Shown here one piece after another: positions 1-8,955 of a stretch of DNA of 58,813 nucleotides. Positions within the stretch are counted from its first letter, which is position 1, and each line of letters starts with the position of its first letter. Source of the DNA: Thermoprotei archaeon (GTDB lineage: Archaea; Thermoproteota; Thermoprotei_A; EX4484-217-1); contig JAGGUY010000015.1 in NCBI GenBank assembly GCA_021158265.1, positions 1 to 58,813 of the forward strand. Reading direction: 5' to 3'. Position numbers and translations under genes: made by a program. The notes under the pieces are model-generated. The model was not told the origin of the DNA and did no database searches. It saw nothing but the letters and a program-made list of their open reading frames with translations.

Positions 1-35
1 ATGAATCACGTATTTTAAGTGTAAGGTGTAAATAT

Positions 36-890
36 ATGGTTCACGGTGTTTACCTAAGAGAGCTTGCTAGAAAACTTTTCGGAGAAAACGTTTCATCGAA
101 GATTTGGAAGCGCATGGAAATATTAGGTGATATCCTCATTCTAAGAAAACCTTATGATGTTAGTGTTGAGAAGCTTAGGCTTTTGAGTGAACATATACTT
201 AATGAGTTAACATATGTTAAATCTGTTTGGTGCTCTATTTCTGAAGTCAGAGGAAAGCATAGGGTAAGAGACTTTATTCACCTATGTGGTGATTATAGAA
301 GCGAAACAGTATATGTCGAACATGAAACACGCTTTCTTATAGACATTACTAAAGTGTATGTTTCACAAGCTCTTAACTACGAACATAAGAGGGTAGCTGA
401 AAAGGTTAATGATGGGGAAAGAATTCTCAATATGTTCTCGGGTGTAGGTTTATTTTCATTAATAATGGCGAAGAGAAAGAATGTTATAGTGTATTCTATC
501 GATATAAATCCCTACGCCTACTATTACATGGTTAAAAGCATATGTTTAAACAATTTAAAAGGGAAAGTAGTTCCTATTTTAGGTGATTCAAAAGAGGTTA
601 TTTTGGAAGGTAGCATTGCTGAAGTAGATAGGGTGCTAATGCCCTTACCTGAACTAGTCTATGATTATCTTAAATATGCTTTGGATGCTCTAAAGGGGAA
701 AGGCTACTTACATGTGTATCTTTTCGTTAACGGGAAAAATAGAGTGCATGCTAAAGAGAATGCTATAGCAGAATATACGTCTTTTCTTAGAAAGCATGTT
801 AGCAAAGCTGTTATTGAAGATTCTCGAGTAATAAGGTCTGTTGGTAAAAGAAGATATCAGGTAGTACTAGATTACTATGTTGAAAAATAG
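36..890 (+). CDS. trm5: Trm5/Taw22-type tRNA (guanine37-N1) methyltransferase (Met-10+ family, class I SAM MTase)
   Basis: 284-aa ORF; SAM motif 'ILNMFSGVGLFSL', 'SIDINPYAY' and 'VLMPLP' arranged as in Trm5/TYW2 enzymes. Confidence 0.65.
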   Translation: MVHGVYLRELARKLFGENVSSKIWKRMEILGDILILRKPYDVSVEKLRLLSEHILNELTYVKSVWCSISEVRGKHRVRDFIHLCGDYRSETVYVEHETRFLIDITKVYVSQALNYEHKRVAEKVNDGERILNMFSGVGLFSLIMAKRKNVIVYSIDINPYAYYYMVKSICLNNLKGKVVPILGDSKEVILEGSIAEVDRVLMPLPELVYDYLKYALDALKGKGYLHVYLFVNGKNRVHAKENAIAEYTSFLRKHVSKAVIEDSRVIRSVGKRRYQVVLDYYVEK

Positions 891-893
891 TGT

Positions 894-2048
894 CTACCTT
901 TTCCTTCTTCTCCTTTTCTCTTCTACTTCAAGTGCTCGCGCACCAACCCCTACAAGCTTCCTCAATACTGAATCCATGAACTTCACATAAAAACCTTTTT
1001 GACCTACGAAGGGTCCGAATTCGCTGCTTCTCACCTTGAAAACCATGTTCGGTCCTGCAAAGTCTGCATCAATCACGTGTTTATGGATCCAGCTAACAGG
1101 ATGTATTGCTCTTACAAGCTCTTTAAAGTCCAATGTAAGCTCAATACCTCTTATTCTTAAACCAACTTCTTCCTCTAGCTTATTTATTCTCTCACCGCCT
1201 CTACCGACAAGTCTTCCTAAATGGCCTTCTTTAACTATTATTAGAGCGTCAGGTGTATGTTCACTAGTTATTTCAAACTTTTTCTTTTCTTCAAGAAATT
1301 CGATGACCGTTACAATGTCCGCATCTGGTGCATATGTTTTCGCAGCATCATAGATTCTCATTTCAAGTTCGTTAAGCTTTCTTTTTCTCATCCTTATTTC
1401 TAAGAGAAGCTTTATTCCTCTCTTAGCACCTATTCTAACAATATCTTTAATTCCTAAATCAACTACTGCAGCATTCTCTTCGCCTATTAATGCTTCTCTT
1501 AGTAGTGTTGCTCCATCAACTTGTATTTCAGGATTCTTCTGGAATACGGGGTCGCCGGCTATGATCATTCTAGAATTATTGCCCATTCTCATAAGCAACT
1601 CTAGGGAGCTTTCAGGAGGCACATTCTGTGCGTCATCAAGAAATATTATTGTGTCATCAAACGTTCTACCTCTTAGGAAATGAATGTCCACTAAGAGAAC
1701 TTTTTCTTCTTTAATCAAGTTCTCAACAGTACCCCATTCTATGAACTCTGAAAGTATGTCTCTTATGTATGCAGCGGATAGCTCATAGTAAAGCTTACCT
1801 AGTTCTATTGCAGTGACTTCTCTTTCAGAAACAATGTCTATTAATGGTCTAGCTATTATGAATCTCCTACAATTACCTTTAATGACTTCAGAAATACCGT
1901 AAGCTATTGATAATAGGCTCTTACCTGTTCCAGTAGGTCCGAAAACCCCTACTATGTCATAGCTTCTATCCTTTAAGACACTAAGTAGTTCTTCTTGACC
2001 TGGACTTAGAGGTTTAATCACGTCTAGTGGTGTCTTTTGCGTAGACAT
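894..2048 (-). CDS. PhoH-like ATPase with C-terminal KH domain
   Basis: 384-aa ORF; Walker A 'GPTGTGKS', PhoH-type core, KH-like 'GRLVGRGGERINKLEEEVG' near the C-terminus. Confidence 0.7.
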   Translation of the reverse strand: MSTQKTPLDVIKPLSPGQEELLSVLKDRSYDIVGVFGPTGTGKSLLSIAYGISEVIKGNCRRFIIARPLIDIVSEREVTAIELGKLYYELSAAYIRDILSEFIEWGTVENLIKEEKVLLVDIHFLRGRTFDDTIIFLDDAQNVPPESSLELLMRMGNNSRMIIAGDPVFQKNPEIQVDGATLLREALIGEENAAVVDLGIKDIVRIGAKRGIKLLLEIRMRKRKLNELEMRIYDAAKTYAPDADIVTVIEFLEEKKKFEITSEHTPDALIIVKEGHLGRLVGRGGERINKLEEEVGLRIRGIELTLDFKELVRAIHPVSWIHKHVIDADFAGPNMVFKVRSSEFGPFVGQKGFYVKFMDSVLRKLVGVGARALEVEEKRRRRKR

Positions 2049-2055
2049 TTGCCTT

Positions 2056-2667
2056 TCACCCTTCTCCTAACCATTTACTTCTGATTTCAAGCTCTAGTTT
2101 AAATATCTTCTTTTTAGATCTAAGTAGCGTATTATTTGCCCACTTTACGAGTTTGCTTAGATAACGCTTTCTAATAATAGTTTTTCCACGAATCCTTAGA
2201 GGAAACTCTAAATGCTCATTACCTTGTAACTCAACATGTATACCATTTCGGGAGAAGCTTATTATTCCACTATGTTTAAACCCTACATTTCTAGCTATTT
2301 TCAAAAGTTCTTGTGCTCTTTCAACAGTAAGGCATGATATGTGGATTATAGGAGGCTGCATAACAAACCATAGGTTTCCATCTAAAACATCATTAAGAAT
2401 CTTCATAACACTACTTACACTTATAGGTTCATGAGATTTCAAGTATGTCTTTATTGTTTTCTTATCCCACGGTTCTTCTGAGGAAAAAATCATGAGTCTT
2501 CCAGCACAGCTACTTGTAGTAAACATGTCATCGAAACTATTGAGTAGGTCAATTATTGATTCTAGTTCTTTATCAAAATACCCTGTTTCTTTATCTCTTT
2601 TTAACCTTTTCATAAACGCTTTTCTTCTCTCGTTCCAAGCTCTAAAATCAACATACATCGTTTTCAT
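2056..2667 (-). CDS. taw3: tRNA wyosine-derivative methyltransferase Taw3/TYW3
   Basis: 203-aa ORF; 'TTSSCAGRLMIF' matches the SSC(S/A)GR signature of the TYW3 family. Confidence 0.7.
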   Translation of the reverse strand: MKTMYVDFRAWNERRKAFMKRLKRDKETGYFDKELESIIDLLNSFDDMFTTSSCAGRLMIFSSEEPWDKKTIKTYLKSHEPISVSSVMKILNDVLDGNLWFVMQPPIIHISCLTVERAQELLKIARNVGFKHSGIISFSRNGIHVELQGNEHLEFPLRIRGKTIIRKRYLSKLVKWANNTLLRSKKKIFKLELEIRSKWLGEG

Positions 2668-2757
2668 CCTTTTCGTTAAGCACCTAAATTAGTGTATGTT
2701 TATAAGTTACACTGTTTTTTCTATGTACTTAGACGTTTTCGCTTAGGGTGTTAGGTC

Positions 2758-3090
2758 ATGAGTGAACAAATAACTATTGAAGAATTTTCTAAAATAGATC
2801 TAAGGGTAGGTGTTGTAAAGTCTGCTGAACGCATTCCGGGAACAAAGCTTCTAAGATTAATAATTGACCTTGGAGAATTGGGTGAAAGACAGATTATAGC
2901 TGGCATAGGTGATGTGTATTCTCCGGAAAGCTTGGTTAATAGAAGGCTTATAGTTGTAGCTAACTTGAAACCGAAAATTATTAGAGGCTATGTTAGTCAG
3001 GGAATGATATTAGCAGCTGACTGTTCCAAAGGAAAACCGAGAGTTCTAACGGTTGATGACGAACCTGGGCCTGGAGCTAAGGTTTGCTAA
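2758..3090 (+). CDS. tRNA-binding domain protein (Trbp111/CsaA/EMAP-like OB fold)
   Basis: 110-aa ORF; 'IDLRVGVVKSAERIPGTKLLRLIIDLG...IVVANLKPKIIRGYVSQGMILAA' is typical of the MetRS-C/Trbp111 domain. Confidence 0.75.
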   Translation: MSEQITIEEFSKIDLRVGVVKSAERIPGTKLLRLIIDLGELGERQIIAGIGDVYSPESLVNRRLIVVANLKPKIIRGYVSQGMILAADCSKGKPRVLTVDDEPGPGAKVC

Positions 3091-3095
3091 AATTT

Positions 3096-3407
3096 TTATG
3101 TTCTATTCTGGATAGTCATTGCTGTTTCAATAATTTTTTCACCAACAACTACTTGGTCTACACTGTGTATTACTGCTCCAACATTTCTAAGAACATCCTC
3201 CACTTCTCTATAGTCAATATCGTCTCCTTCAATAGTTATTATGAGCCCCATAGTTTCAACATCCACTTCATTTACGGTAACATTGACTGCACTTACACCC
3301 TTAACATTGGCTAACGCTTTAGCTACTTCAATAACTGAGGGATCCTTTAATGGCTTAAGTACATCTAGAACTAAACGTCTTATTTTATCCATATTCTCCT
3401 GAATCAC
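3096..3407 (-). CDS. DUF211-family small protein
   Basis: 103-aa ORF; 'IRRLVLDVLKP...VNVTVNEVDVET..LIITIEG' resembles archaeal DUF211 (COG1888) proteins. Confidence 0.5.
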   Translation of the reverse strand: MIQENMDKIRRLVLDVLKPLKDPSVIEVAKALANVKGVSAVNVTVNEVDVETMGLIITIEGDDIDYREVEDVLRNVGAVIHSVDQVVVGEKIIETAMTIQNRT

Positions 3408-3519
3408 CCGTTCAACACTATTCTTATAGAGAATTAGCTTATAAGTATTTAACGAAAATGGCTATTTGAGAAACGTTTAAGACTCATACTTAGGATTTGA
3501 AGGTAATTATGAGGGAAAA

Positions 3520-3978
3520 ATGTTGGATAAAGGCCTTGACGAATTAGATAGAAAAATATTAAACGAGTTAATAGAAAACCCTAGGATAACATATAGGGAA
3601 TTAGCTAGAAGACTGGGTGTTTCTGTAGGAACAGTACATTTAAGAGTGAGAAAGCTTCAAGCCAAAGGGGTAATTAAAGGCTTTTCTGTTCAGGTAGATT
3701 ACGGTAGAGTAGGATATGATGTTACAGCACTTGTCCTAATAAAGGTTGATGGAAAACACATACTCAATGTTGAAAGAGACGTTGCAAAGTACCCCAATGT
3801 ATGTGCCGTTTACGATGTAACCGGGGAGTTTGACGTAATAGTCATAGCAAAGTTTAGATCAATAAGGGAGCTAAACGACTTCATAAAGAGCTTACTAGCT
3901 AAACCCTACGTTATAAGCACAAACACCAGCATCGCGCTAAACGTTGTTAAAGAAGACTTTAGACTAAAGATACCTTAA
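3520..3978 (+). CDS. Lrp/AsnC family transcriptional regulator
   Basis: 152-aa ORF; N-terminal HTH 'LDRKILNELIENPRITYRELARRLGVSVGTVHLRVRKL' followed by a RAM/ACT-like C-terminal domain. Confidence 0.85.
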   Translation: MLDKGLDELDRKILNELIENPRITYRELARRLGVSVGTVHLRVRKLQAKGVIKGFSVQVDYGRVGYDVTALVLIKVDGKHILNVERDVAKYPNVCAVYDVTGEFDVIVIAKFRSIRELNDFIKSLLAKPYVISTNTSIALNVVKEDFRLKIP

Positions 3979-4028
3979 AATACTCTGAAAATTTCTACTT
4001 TAAAAGAGATCAGCATAGGTGATTCAAC

Positions 4029-4274
4029 ATGGTGGGTAAAAAGCCACCTAAAGCATTAGTTAAAACACCAAGACTTATCAGCCAAGGAAAGCTTCCACCA
4101 AAGTGGAGGGAGGGAAGAGGCTTTAGTATACTAGAACTTAAAGAGGTAGGATTAACCATAGATAAAGCAAGGAGACTAGGGCTTTATGTTGATGTAAGGA
4201 GAAAATCTAAACATGAGGTAAACGTGAAATTACTTAGAGGATTTCTTGAATCCCTTAGGAAGGATACGTCCTAA
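4029..4274 (+). CDS. rpl13e: ribosomal protein eL13 (L13e)
   Basis: 81-aa basic ORF; 'PPKWREGRGFSILELKEVGL...ARRLGLYVDVRR' resembles crenarchaeal L13e. Confidence 0.7.
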   Translation: MVGKKPPKALVKTPRLISQGKLPPKWREGRGFSILELKEVGLTIDKARRLGLYVDVRRKSKHEVNVKLLRGFLESLRKDTS

Positions 4275-4577
4275 TTTCTTCTCTTCACCAAAATACTTAG
4301 TGTAACAGTCAATGCAGACGTATTCAACAGGTGATACTTGAATTAAACAGTCCTCACAAAGGACTCTACCGCATATTTTACAGTACCCGATAGCGTGATA
4401 TTTATGACATCTTTCGCAAAGAGTTAATTTACATATTGAGCATATTCCATCAGAGTCTATGTGTTCACTACATACCTTCCTACCGCAAAGCTTACATGCA
4501 TATTTTGCTTCATTTCTTTCGCATACTTCGCAAAGAGTCAAATCCCTACTCCTTAATTGTAAAAACGAACTCCACAT
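4230..4577 (-). CDS. cysteine-rich zinc-binding protein with two B-box-like repeats
   Basis: 115-aa ORF with about 18 Cys in repeated CxxC spacing ('CEVCERNEAKYACKLCGRKVCSEH', 'CERCHKYHAIGYCKICGRVLCEDC'); its 3' end overlaps rpl13e by 45 nt. Confidence 0.5.
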   Translation of the reverse strand: MWSSFLQLRSRDLTLCEVCERNEAKYACKLCGRKVCSEHIDSDGICSICKLTLCERCHKYHAIGYCKICGRVLCEDCLIQVSPVEYVCIDCYTKYFGEEKKLGRILPKGFKKSSK

Positions 4578-4621
4578 TTATATAGTGATTTCTTTCAAGA
4601 TTTCTATAAGAGGAGTTAGTT

Positions 4622-5221
4622 GTGGAAGGCAAAGTGTTTTTCCTAAAAGCTGAGCTTGAAATATGGAGTAAAGTATTACCTATAGTGTTCATGATAATAT
4701 ACACGTTGTCCATAGCTTTCGGATTAACAATTTCATTAACTAATCCCTCATATGCAAGTTCCATAGTAACACCGCTATATGAGGAAATAAAGGAGTCACC
4801 TATGACGAAGCTCTGTAATGACCTTTTCGAAACAGCTACTGGTGCTAAGGAGGACAACGTGTTTTATCTGTTGAACTTAGTTAGTTTATCGCGTATTTCA
4901 GCAACAATAATGTCAACGTTGATTCCACCATATGTAGCATATACTTATTTTGCCGAAGGTCTCTTCCTAGGTCTCTTAGAGAAAAGTAGCTATAACATCG
5001 TAGTAATGTACATTCCGCTTATTATTGGAGACATGATGTCAATATCCCTTCTGCAGGGTGGAATATTTCAAATAATAATTTCAAGATTCCGAAATAAGCC
5101 AATAGGAGAATATACTTATATCATCACTTTAGCCGGACTTATTGGAGTAGTTGTCGTTAGCTACATTTCCACAGTATCGTCATGTATTATTGAGCCATTC
5201 TTCGTAAGAATGCAGCTATGA
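4622..5221 (+). CDS. integral membrane protein, function unknown
   Basis: 199-aa ORF with a GTG start and several hydrophobic segments; no motif recognised. Confidence 0.5.
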   Translation: MEGKVFFLKAELEIWSKVLPIVFMIIYTLSIAFGLTISLTNPSYASSIVTPLYEEIKESPMTKLCNDLFETATGAKEDNVFYLLNLVSLSRISATIMSTLIPPYVAYTYFAEGLFLGLLEKSSYNIVVMYIPLIIGDMMSISLLQGGIFQIIISRFRNKPIGEYTYIITLAGLIGVVVVSYISTVSSCIIEPFFVRMQL

Positions 5222-6362
5222 TTGAATGACTATGTTTCATAACGCTTTTAGCAATTTGGAGTTTTGTTAAAAGTAACAATATGTCTTCCTCGTGAAAGTC
5301 ATAGTTTCTTAAGTAATATTCTTCACCACTAATGTCATTAATTATTTTGGTCTTTTCCCTCTCATTTAGTTCGTGAAGAATTTTGGCTATTAATCCTTGA
5401 AGTTTAAGTTTTCTACGAAAAACTGCTGTTTCACCATAATACTTGTTGAGAAATCTTGTGTTATCTAAATTGTCGGTTGCAGTTATAGATCTGGCTAGTG
5501 ATCTGGAGAATAATGTGTGAATAAAAAGACCACCTCCAGTTATCGGTTTAACATGAAAACCTGAATCACCTATAAAAATAACTTTACCTTTATGATCTGG
5601 TCTTTCCGGGGGACTAGTCAATATTACTCCGCCATAGGGTTCCCCGTGCTTAATGGGTTCTGAAATAATCCTCCTTTTTACAAGCTGTCTTTCAAAAGCT
5701 CTAAGCATTCCAATAGAAACTTTTGATCCTCCAATTCCTACTCTAACTTTTCTCTTATCTAATGGGATGGCCCATCCGAAAAATCCTTTAGCAAACGTGT
5801 CTGTAAAGATTACTGAAAATGATGTTTTATCATAAGGCTTAGCGATTATGTCTTCCTGAATTCCATATACCTTTCTCTCCCCCTTCCTCTCTCCAAGTAT
5901 TTTCCTCCTTAACCTATGAACGTATCCTTCAGCAATAACAAATATTTTCGCTTTAACTCTATCCTTACCACTTAAGTTAGCCGTATTTCCTACAATGTCT
6001 ATGGCTTGATGTTTAAATAGGTAATCATTAAAGTTCGAAACGTTTTCGAAAAGAATTTTTTCATACGCTATCCTGTCTATGACATAGGCTTCTTCAAGCA
6101 AATTAACATAAACCTTCTTACTTGTCGAAAGAGTAGTTACAGTAAATGAGGACAGCCTGTTTATAATGGTTTTCTTCGTAATAGGCCACATGAGCTTTAT
6201 AAAGGATGAACTTACAAGGCCTGCACAATGTTTGTTCAGTCCTACTTCTCTTTTAGCCTCGATACCTAAGACGCTGCCATTGTATTTGAACTTTTTAAGG
6301 AAGTAGAGTAGGGAAAGACCTGCTGGACCTAAGCCTACTATTACCATATCGTATTCTCGCAT
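5187..6362 (-). CDS. geranylgeranyl reductase family flavoprotein
   Basis: 391-aa ORF; N-terminal FAD dinucleotide fold 'YDMVIVGLGPAGLS'; 'GDSGFHVKPITGGGL' is typical of the GGR family. Confidence 0.7.
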   Translation of the reverse strand: MREYDMVIVGLGPAGLSLLYFLKKFKYNGSVLGIEAKREVGLNKHCAGLVSSSFIKLMWPITKKTIINRLSSFTVTTLSTSKKVYVNLLEEAYVIDRIAYEKILFENVSNFNDYLFKHQAIDIVGNTANLSGKDRVKAKIFVIAEGYVHRLRRKILGERKGERKVYGIQEDIIAKPYDKTSFSVIFTDTFAKGFFGWAIPLDKRKVRVGIGGSKVSIGMLRAFERQLVKRRIISEPIKHGEPYGGVILTSPPERPDHKGKVIFIGDSGFHVKPITGGGLFIHTLFSRSLARSITATDNLDNTRFLNKYYGETAVFRRKLKLQGLIAKILHELNEREKTKIINDISGEEYYLRNYDFHEEDILLLLTKLQIAKSVMKHSHSIIAAFLRRMAQ

Positions 6363-6386
6363 AGTTTAAAATATACTTGTAAAGCA

Positions 6387-6851
6387 ATGATAAATGTATC
6401 TGAGAAGAAAACTTCAAGGGTGATGGTTATTTTCGAGTTCAGAAGGCTTATAGATACAAACGCTTGCTCTAAAATCATAAGGGAGAAAAGGAAGATCCTC
6501 ATATACGGTACATGTGTTAAGGACGAGCATTCAGAAATTCTGAAGAAATTCGTTGAGAATAGAGTACCTTTAGCTGTATGCTTAGAATGGGAACATATGA
6601 ACATGGTGGGTTTTAAGCTAGCTACAATGATGAAGTCATGCATGTTAGAAGAGATAACTGTTCTTACAGTTGATGGAAGTCCCCATTGTGTACAGCTCCA
6701 TATGATGGTGGAGGAGTGTAGAAAGCTTGTACCCGGAATTAAGATTAACCACTACGTTATCTATAAGGGAAAGGTTGTTGAGGTATCAGATAAAGCTGTC
6801 AAAACAGCACGGTATTTATCTAAGGTTGAAAAGCTCATAAGCACTCATTGA
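6387..6851 (+). CDS. hypothetical Cys-containing protein
   Basis: 154-aa ORF with scattered conserved-looking Cys/His ('VDGSPHCVQLH'); no family assigned, and the start may lie at an internal Met. Confidence 0.4.
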   Translation: MINVSEKKTSRVMVIFEFRRLIDTNACSKIIREKRKILIYGTCVKDEHSEILKKFVENRVPLAVCLEWEHMNMVGFKLATMMKSCMLEEITVLTVDGSPHCVQLHMMVEECRKLVPGIKINHYVIYKGKVVEVSDKAVKTARYLSKVEKLISTH

Positions 6852-6899
6852 AGCAGTAAAAAACAACTTGAACTCTAGGAATGTTTTGAACGCTAAACC

Positions 6900-7286
6900 C
6901 TATTCCAGATATGACCTATCAGCGTAATTTCTAACAACCCTCTTAGCTTTCAGCATCTTTGCTATGTAATCAAAGGCTCTTTCAGGATCCGTGTGTGATC
7001 CACAAGAGTATACATCCACTGTTGCAAATTTATGTTCAGGCCACGTATGAACTGCTATATGGCTTTCGAGAACGATAGCTAAGACGCTCACCCCTAAACC
7101 TATTTTCCAAGATTTCACATCGAGAAGCGTCATATTACCTATTTTAACAGCATTAACAACTATTTCCCTAAGGAGCTCCTCATTCATTAAAACTTCTTCA
7201 TCACAACCATATAGATTGCCATAAACATGCCTTCCTACAACCTTTGGCTGCTGCTCTTGATACTCTAAAGTCACAAGCCCAGTCAT
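6900..7286 (-). CDS. pyruvoyl-dependent decarboxylase of the AdoMetDC (SpeH) family, paralog 1 (AdoMetDC or AdoMetDC-derived arginine decarboxylase)
   Basis: 128-aa ORF; self-cleavage and active-site block '[25 protein letters not shown]'. Confidence 0.8.
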   Translation of the reverse strand: MTGLVTLEYQEQQPKVVGRHVYGNLYGCDEEVLMNEELLREIVVNAVKIGNMTLLDVKSWKIGLGVSVLAIVLESHIAVHTWPEHKFATVDVYSCGSHTDPERAFDYIAKMLKAKRVVRNYADRSYLE

Positions 7287-7287
7287 C

Positions 7288-7349
7288 GCCCCCTAACACC
7301 CCCTTTTTAAGGGGGTAAACATCATAAAATTTAAGCTTTACCCCCTTAA
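7288..7349. promoter_or_regulatory. cluster of C5/G5 motifs forming mutually exclusive hairpins in the divergent spacer
   Basis: GCCCCCTAA 7288-7296; ACCCCCTT 7298-7305 pairs with AAGGGGGT 7309-7316; TTAAGGGGGTAAA 7307-7319 is the exact reverse complement of TTTACCCCCTTAA 7337-7349. Confidence 0.45.
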
Positions 7350-7410
7350 AATTTTTTGAAATGACAAAATATTTTTCTAATAGCCAAATACGAGACAGCA
7401 TAAGGGATAG

Positions 7411-7890
7411 ATGTTGGTTATCCCCGGTCACTTAGCTAAAGCCTACCTCAAAAACCTCATAGACGAGAACCTACAGGTTCAACCTGCTGGAGTTGATTTG
7501 ACAGTTAAGAAAATATTTAAAATAGTTGGGAAAGGACTTATTGGATTAAGTGAAAGACAGCTTCCACAATATGAAGAACTACACCCGATAAATGGCGTTT
7601 GGCATCTTAGTAAAGGCGCATACAAAGTCGTTATTAACGAAGTAATTATGGTACCTAACGACACTATTGCCATGTGCTTTCCAAGATCCTCACTCTTAAG
7701 AATGGGTGTTGATGTACGATGTGCACTATGGGATCCTGGATATTATGGTAGAAGTGAGATTCTGCTAATAGTGCATTCAAAGGGTGTTGTGATAAAGAGA
7801 AATGCTAGAATAGCACAATTAATCTTCATAAAACTCTCTGAGAAACCCGCTAAAACATATGAGGGCAAGTATAAGGGAGAGAATCTATGA
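7411..7890 (+). CDS. dut: dUTPase (dCTP deaminase/dUTPase superfamily, short archaeal type)
   Basis: 159-aa ORF; 'QPAGVDLTV', 'FPRSSLLRMGV', 'WDPGYYGRSEILL' and 'ARIAQLIF' follow the archaeal Dut/Dcd fold pattern. Confidence 0.7.
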   Translation: MLVIPGHLAKAYLKNLIDENLQVQPAGVDLTVKKIFKIVGKGLIGLSERQLPQYEELHPINGVWHLSKGAYKVVINEVIMVPNDTIAMCFPRSSLLRMGVDVRCALWDPGYYGRSEILLIVHSKGVVIKRNARIAQLIFIKLSEKPAKTYEGKYKGENL

Positions 7891-8876
7891 TAAAAATAGA
7901 CTATGAGAAGATAATAGAAGTATCAAAGACTTTTGTTAAAAACAATGTTAAAGATAGGCTGTTACATTCACTGGATAGGTTCGATAATTCAGAATATTAT
8001 CCAGGTACGGATAAGGAGCCGGAGGAAGTATCTAGATATTTTATAGTTATGGTTGCTTTAGATCATAGAACAAGCTACAGAGGTAAACCTTACGAAGCAA
8101 TAATTAATGGTAGAAAATATCATGGAGCAGACCTGCTATACCGACTAGGTATTTTAAAGTTTAATGAGGATCCAGAATTCTTTGATCCGAAAAATCTAGC
8201 AAAAATAAGGATTAAGGATGTTCGTGATTGGTTGTGTATCGACAATGCTAGAATATGGGATTTAAAAGTTAGAACAATACTTCTTAGAGATTTAGGTTTG
8301 AAATTAACCAAGCTTTATCACGGTAGAGTAATGAAGCTTATAAGTGAAAGTAGGATGAAATTACGTAGTTTAAGAGGAGGACTTATTGATAGGTTGAAAA
8401 CGTTTAGAGCGTACGAAGACCCTGTTGAAAAGAAGTCCTTCTTACTTGTAAAGTTCCTTGAGAGAAGAGAAATATTCAAGCCTATCGACAAGGAAAATTT
8501 ACATGTACCTGTTGATAACCACTTAGTAAGAATTGCGTTCAGATTAGGGATTGTTAAGTTAGATGGGGAAATTCTAAAGAAGGTATTTAACGGTGAAGAG
8601 TTTTCATTTGAAGAAGACATTATGATAAGGTTGATTGTGAGAAAAGCCTATAAACTTATCTCCATGAGGATAGGTATTTCACCGCTAATATTAGACGATT
8701 TCCTCTGGAGTTTCGGAAGAACATGCTGTACGAAACCATTACCTCGCTGTTTAAACTGCGATAAAACGGTTTTAGGATTTAATCGTTGTCCATTTCTTGA
8801 GGTTTGCGATGCCTACTTAAATAAAATAGATAAGAGCATTACGGAGCATAGATTCATTAGAACTTGGTATTATTGA
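7887..8876 (+). CDS. HhH-GPD-like glycosylase-fold protein with a C-terminal Cys cluster
   Basis: 329-aa ORF whose start overlaps the dut stop (ATGA); 'VPVDNHLVRIAFRLGIV' resembles the HhH-GPD 'VDTHVxRxxxRLG' segment; Cys cluster 'CCTKPLPRCLNCDKTVLGFNRCPFLEVC'. Confidence 0.4.
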   Translation: MIKIDYEKIIEVSKTFVKNNVKDRLLHSLDRFDNSEYYPGTDKEPEEVSRYFIVMVALDHRTSYRGKPYEAIINGRKYHGADLLYRLGILKFNEDPEFFDPKNLAKIRIKDVRDWLCIDNARIWDLKVRTILLRDLGLKLTKLYHGRVMKLISESRMKLRSLRGGLIDRLKTFRAYEDPVEKKSFLLVKFLERREIFKPIDKENLHVPVDNHLVRIAFRLGIVKLDGEILKKVFNGEEFSFEEDIMIRLIVRKAYKLISMRIGISPLILDDFLWSFGRTCCTKPLPRCLNCDKTVLGFNRCPFLEVCDAYLNKIDKSITEHRFIRTWYY

Positions 8877-8955
8877 TGAGGGAATAGTCTTTTAAACCCT
8901 TCATTAAGACGAAGTATAATTACGAAAAAAGCAAAGTTCACGAGGAAGTTCTGGT

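Noticed and set aside
1036-1353. 105-aa plus-strand ORF inside the PhoH-KH gene; similar antisense ORFs occur elsewhere (e.g. 4546-4857, 8318-8620, 35359-35688, 42107-42535, 57519-57839)
   Set aside because: All are antisense to, or out of frame with, genes that have strong motif support. Their translations are low-complexity and carry no motifs.
7201-7431. 76-aa minus-strand ORF extending the decarboxylase region across the G5/C5 spacer
   Set aside because: It is out of frame with the real decarboxylase gene and spans a divergent promoter region. It has no motif.
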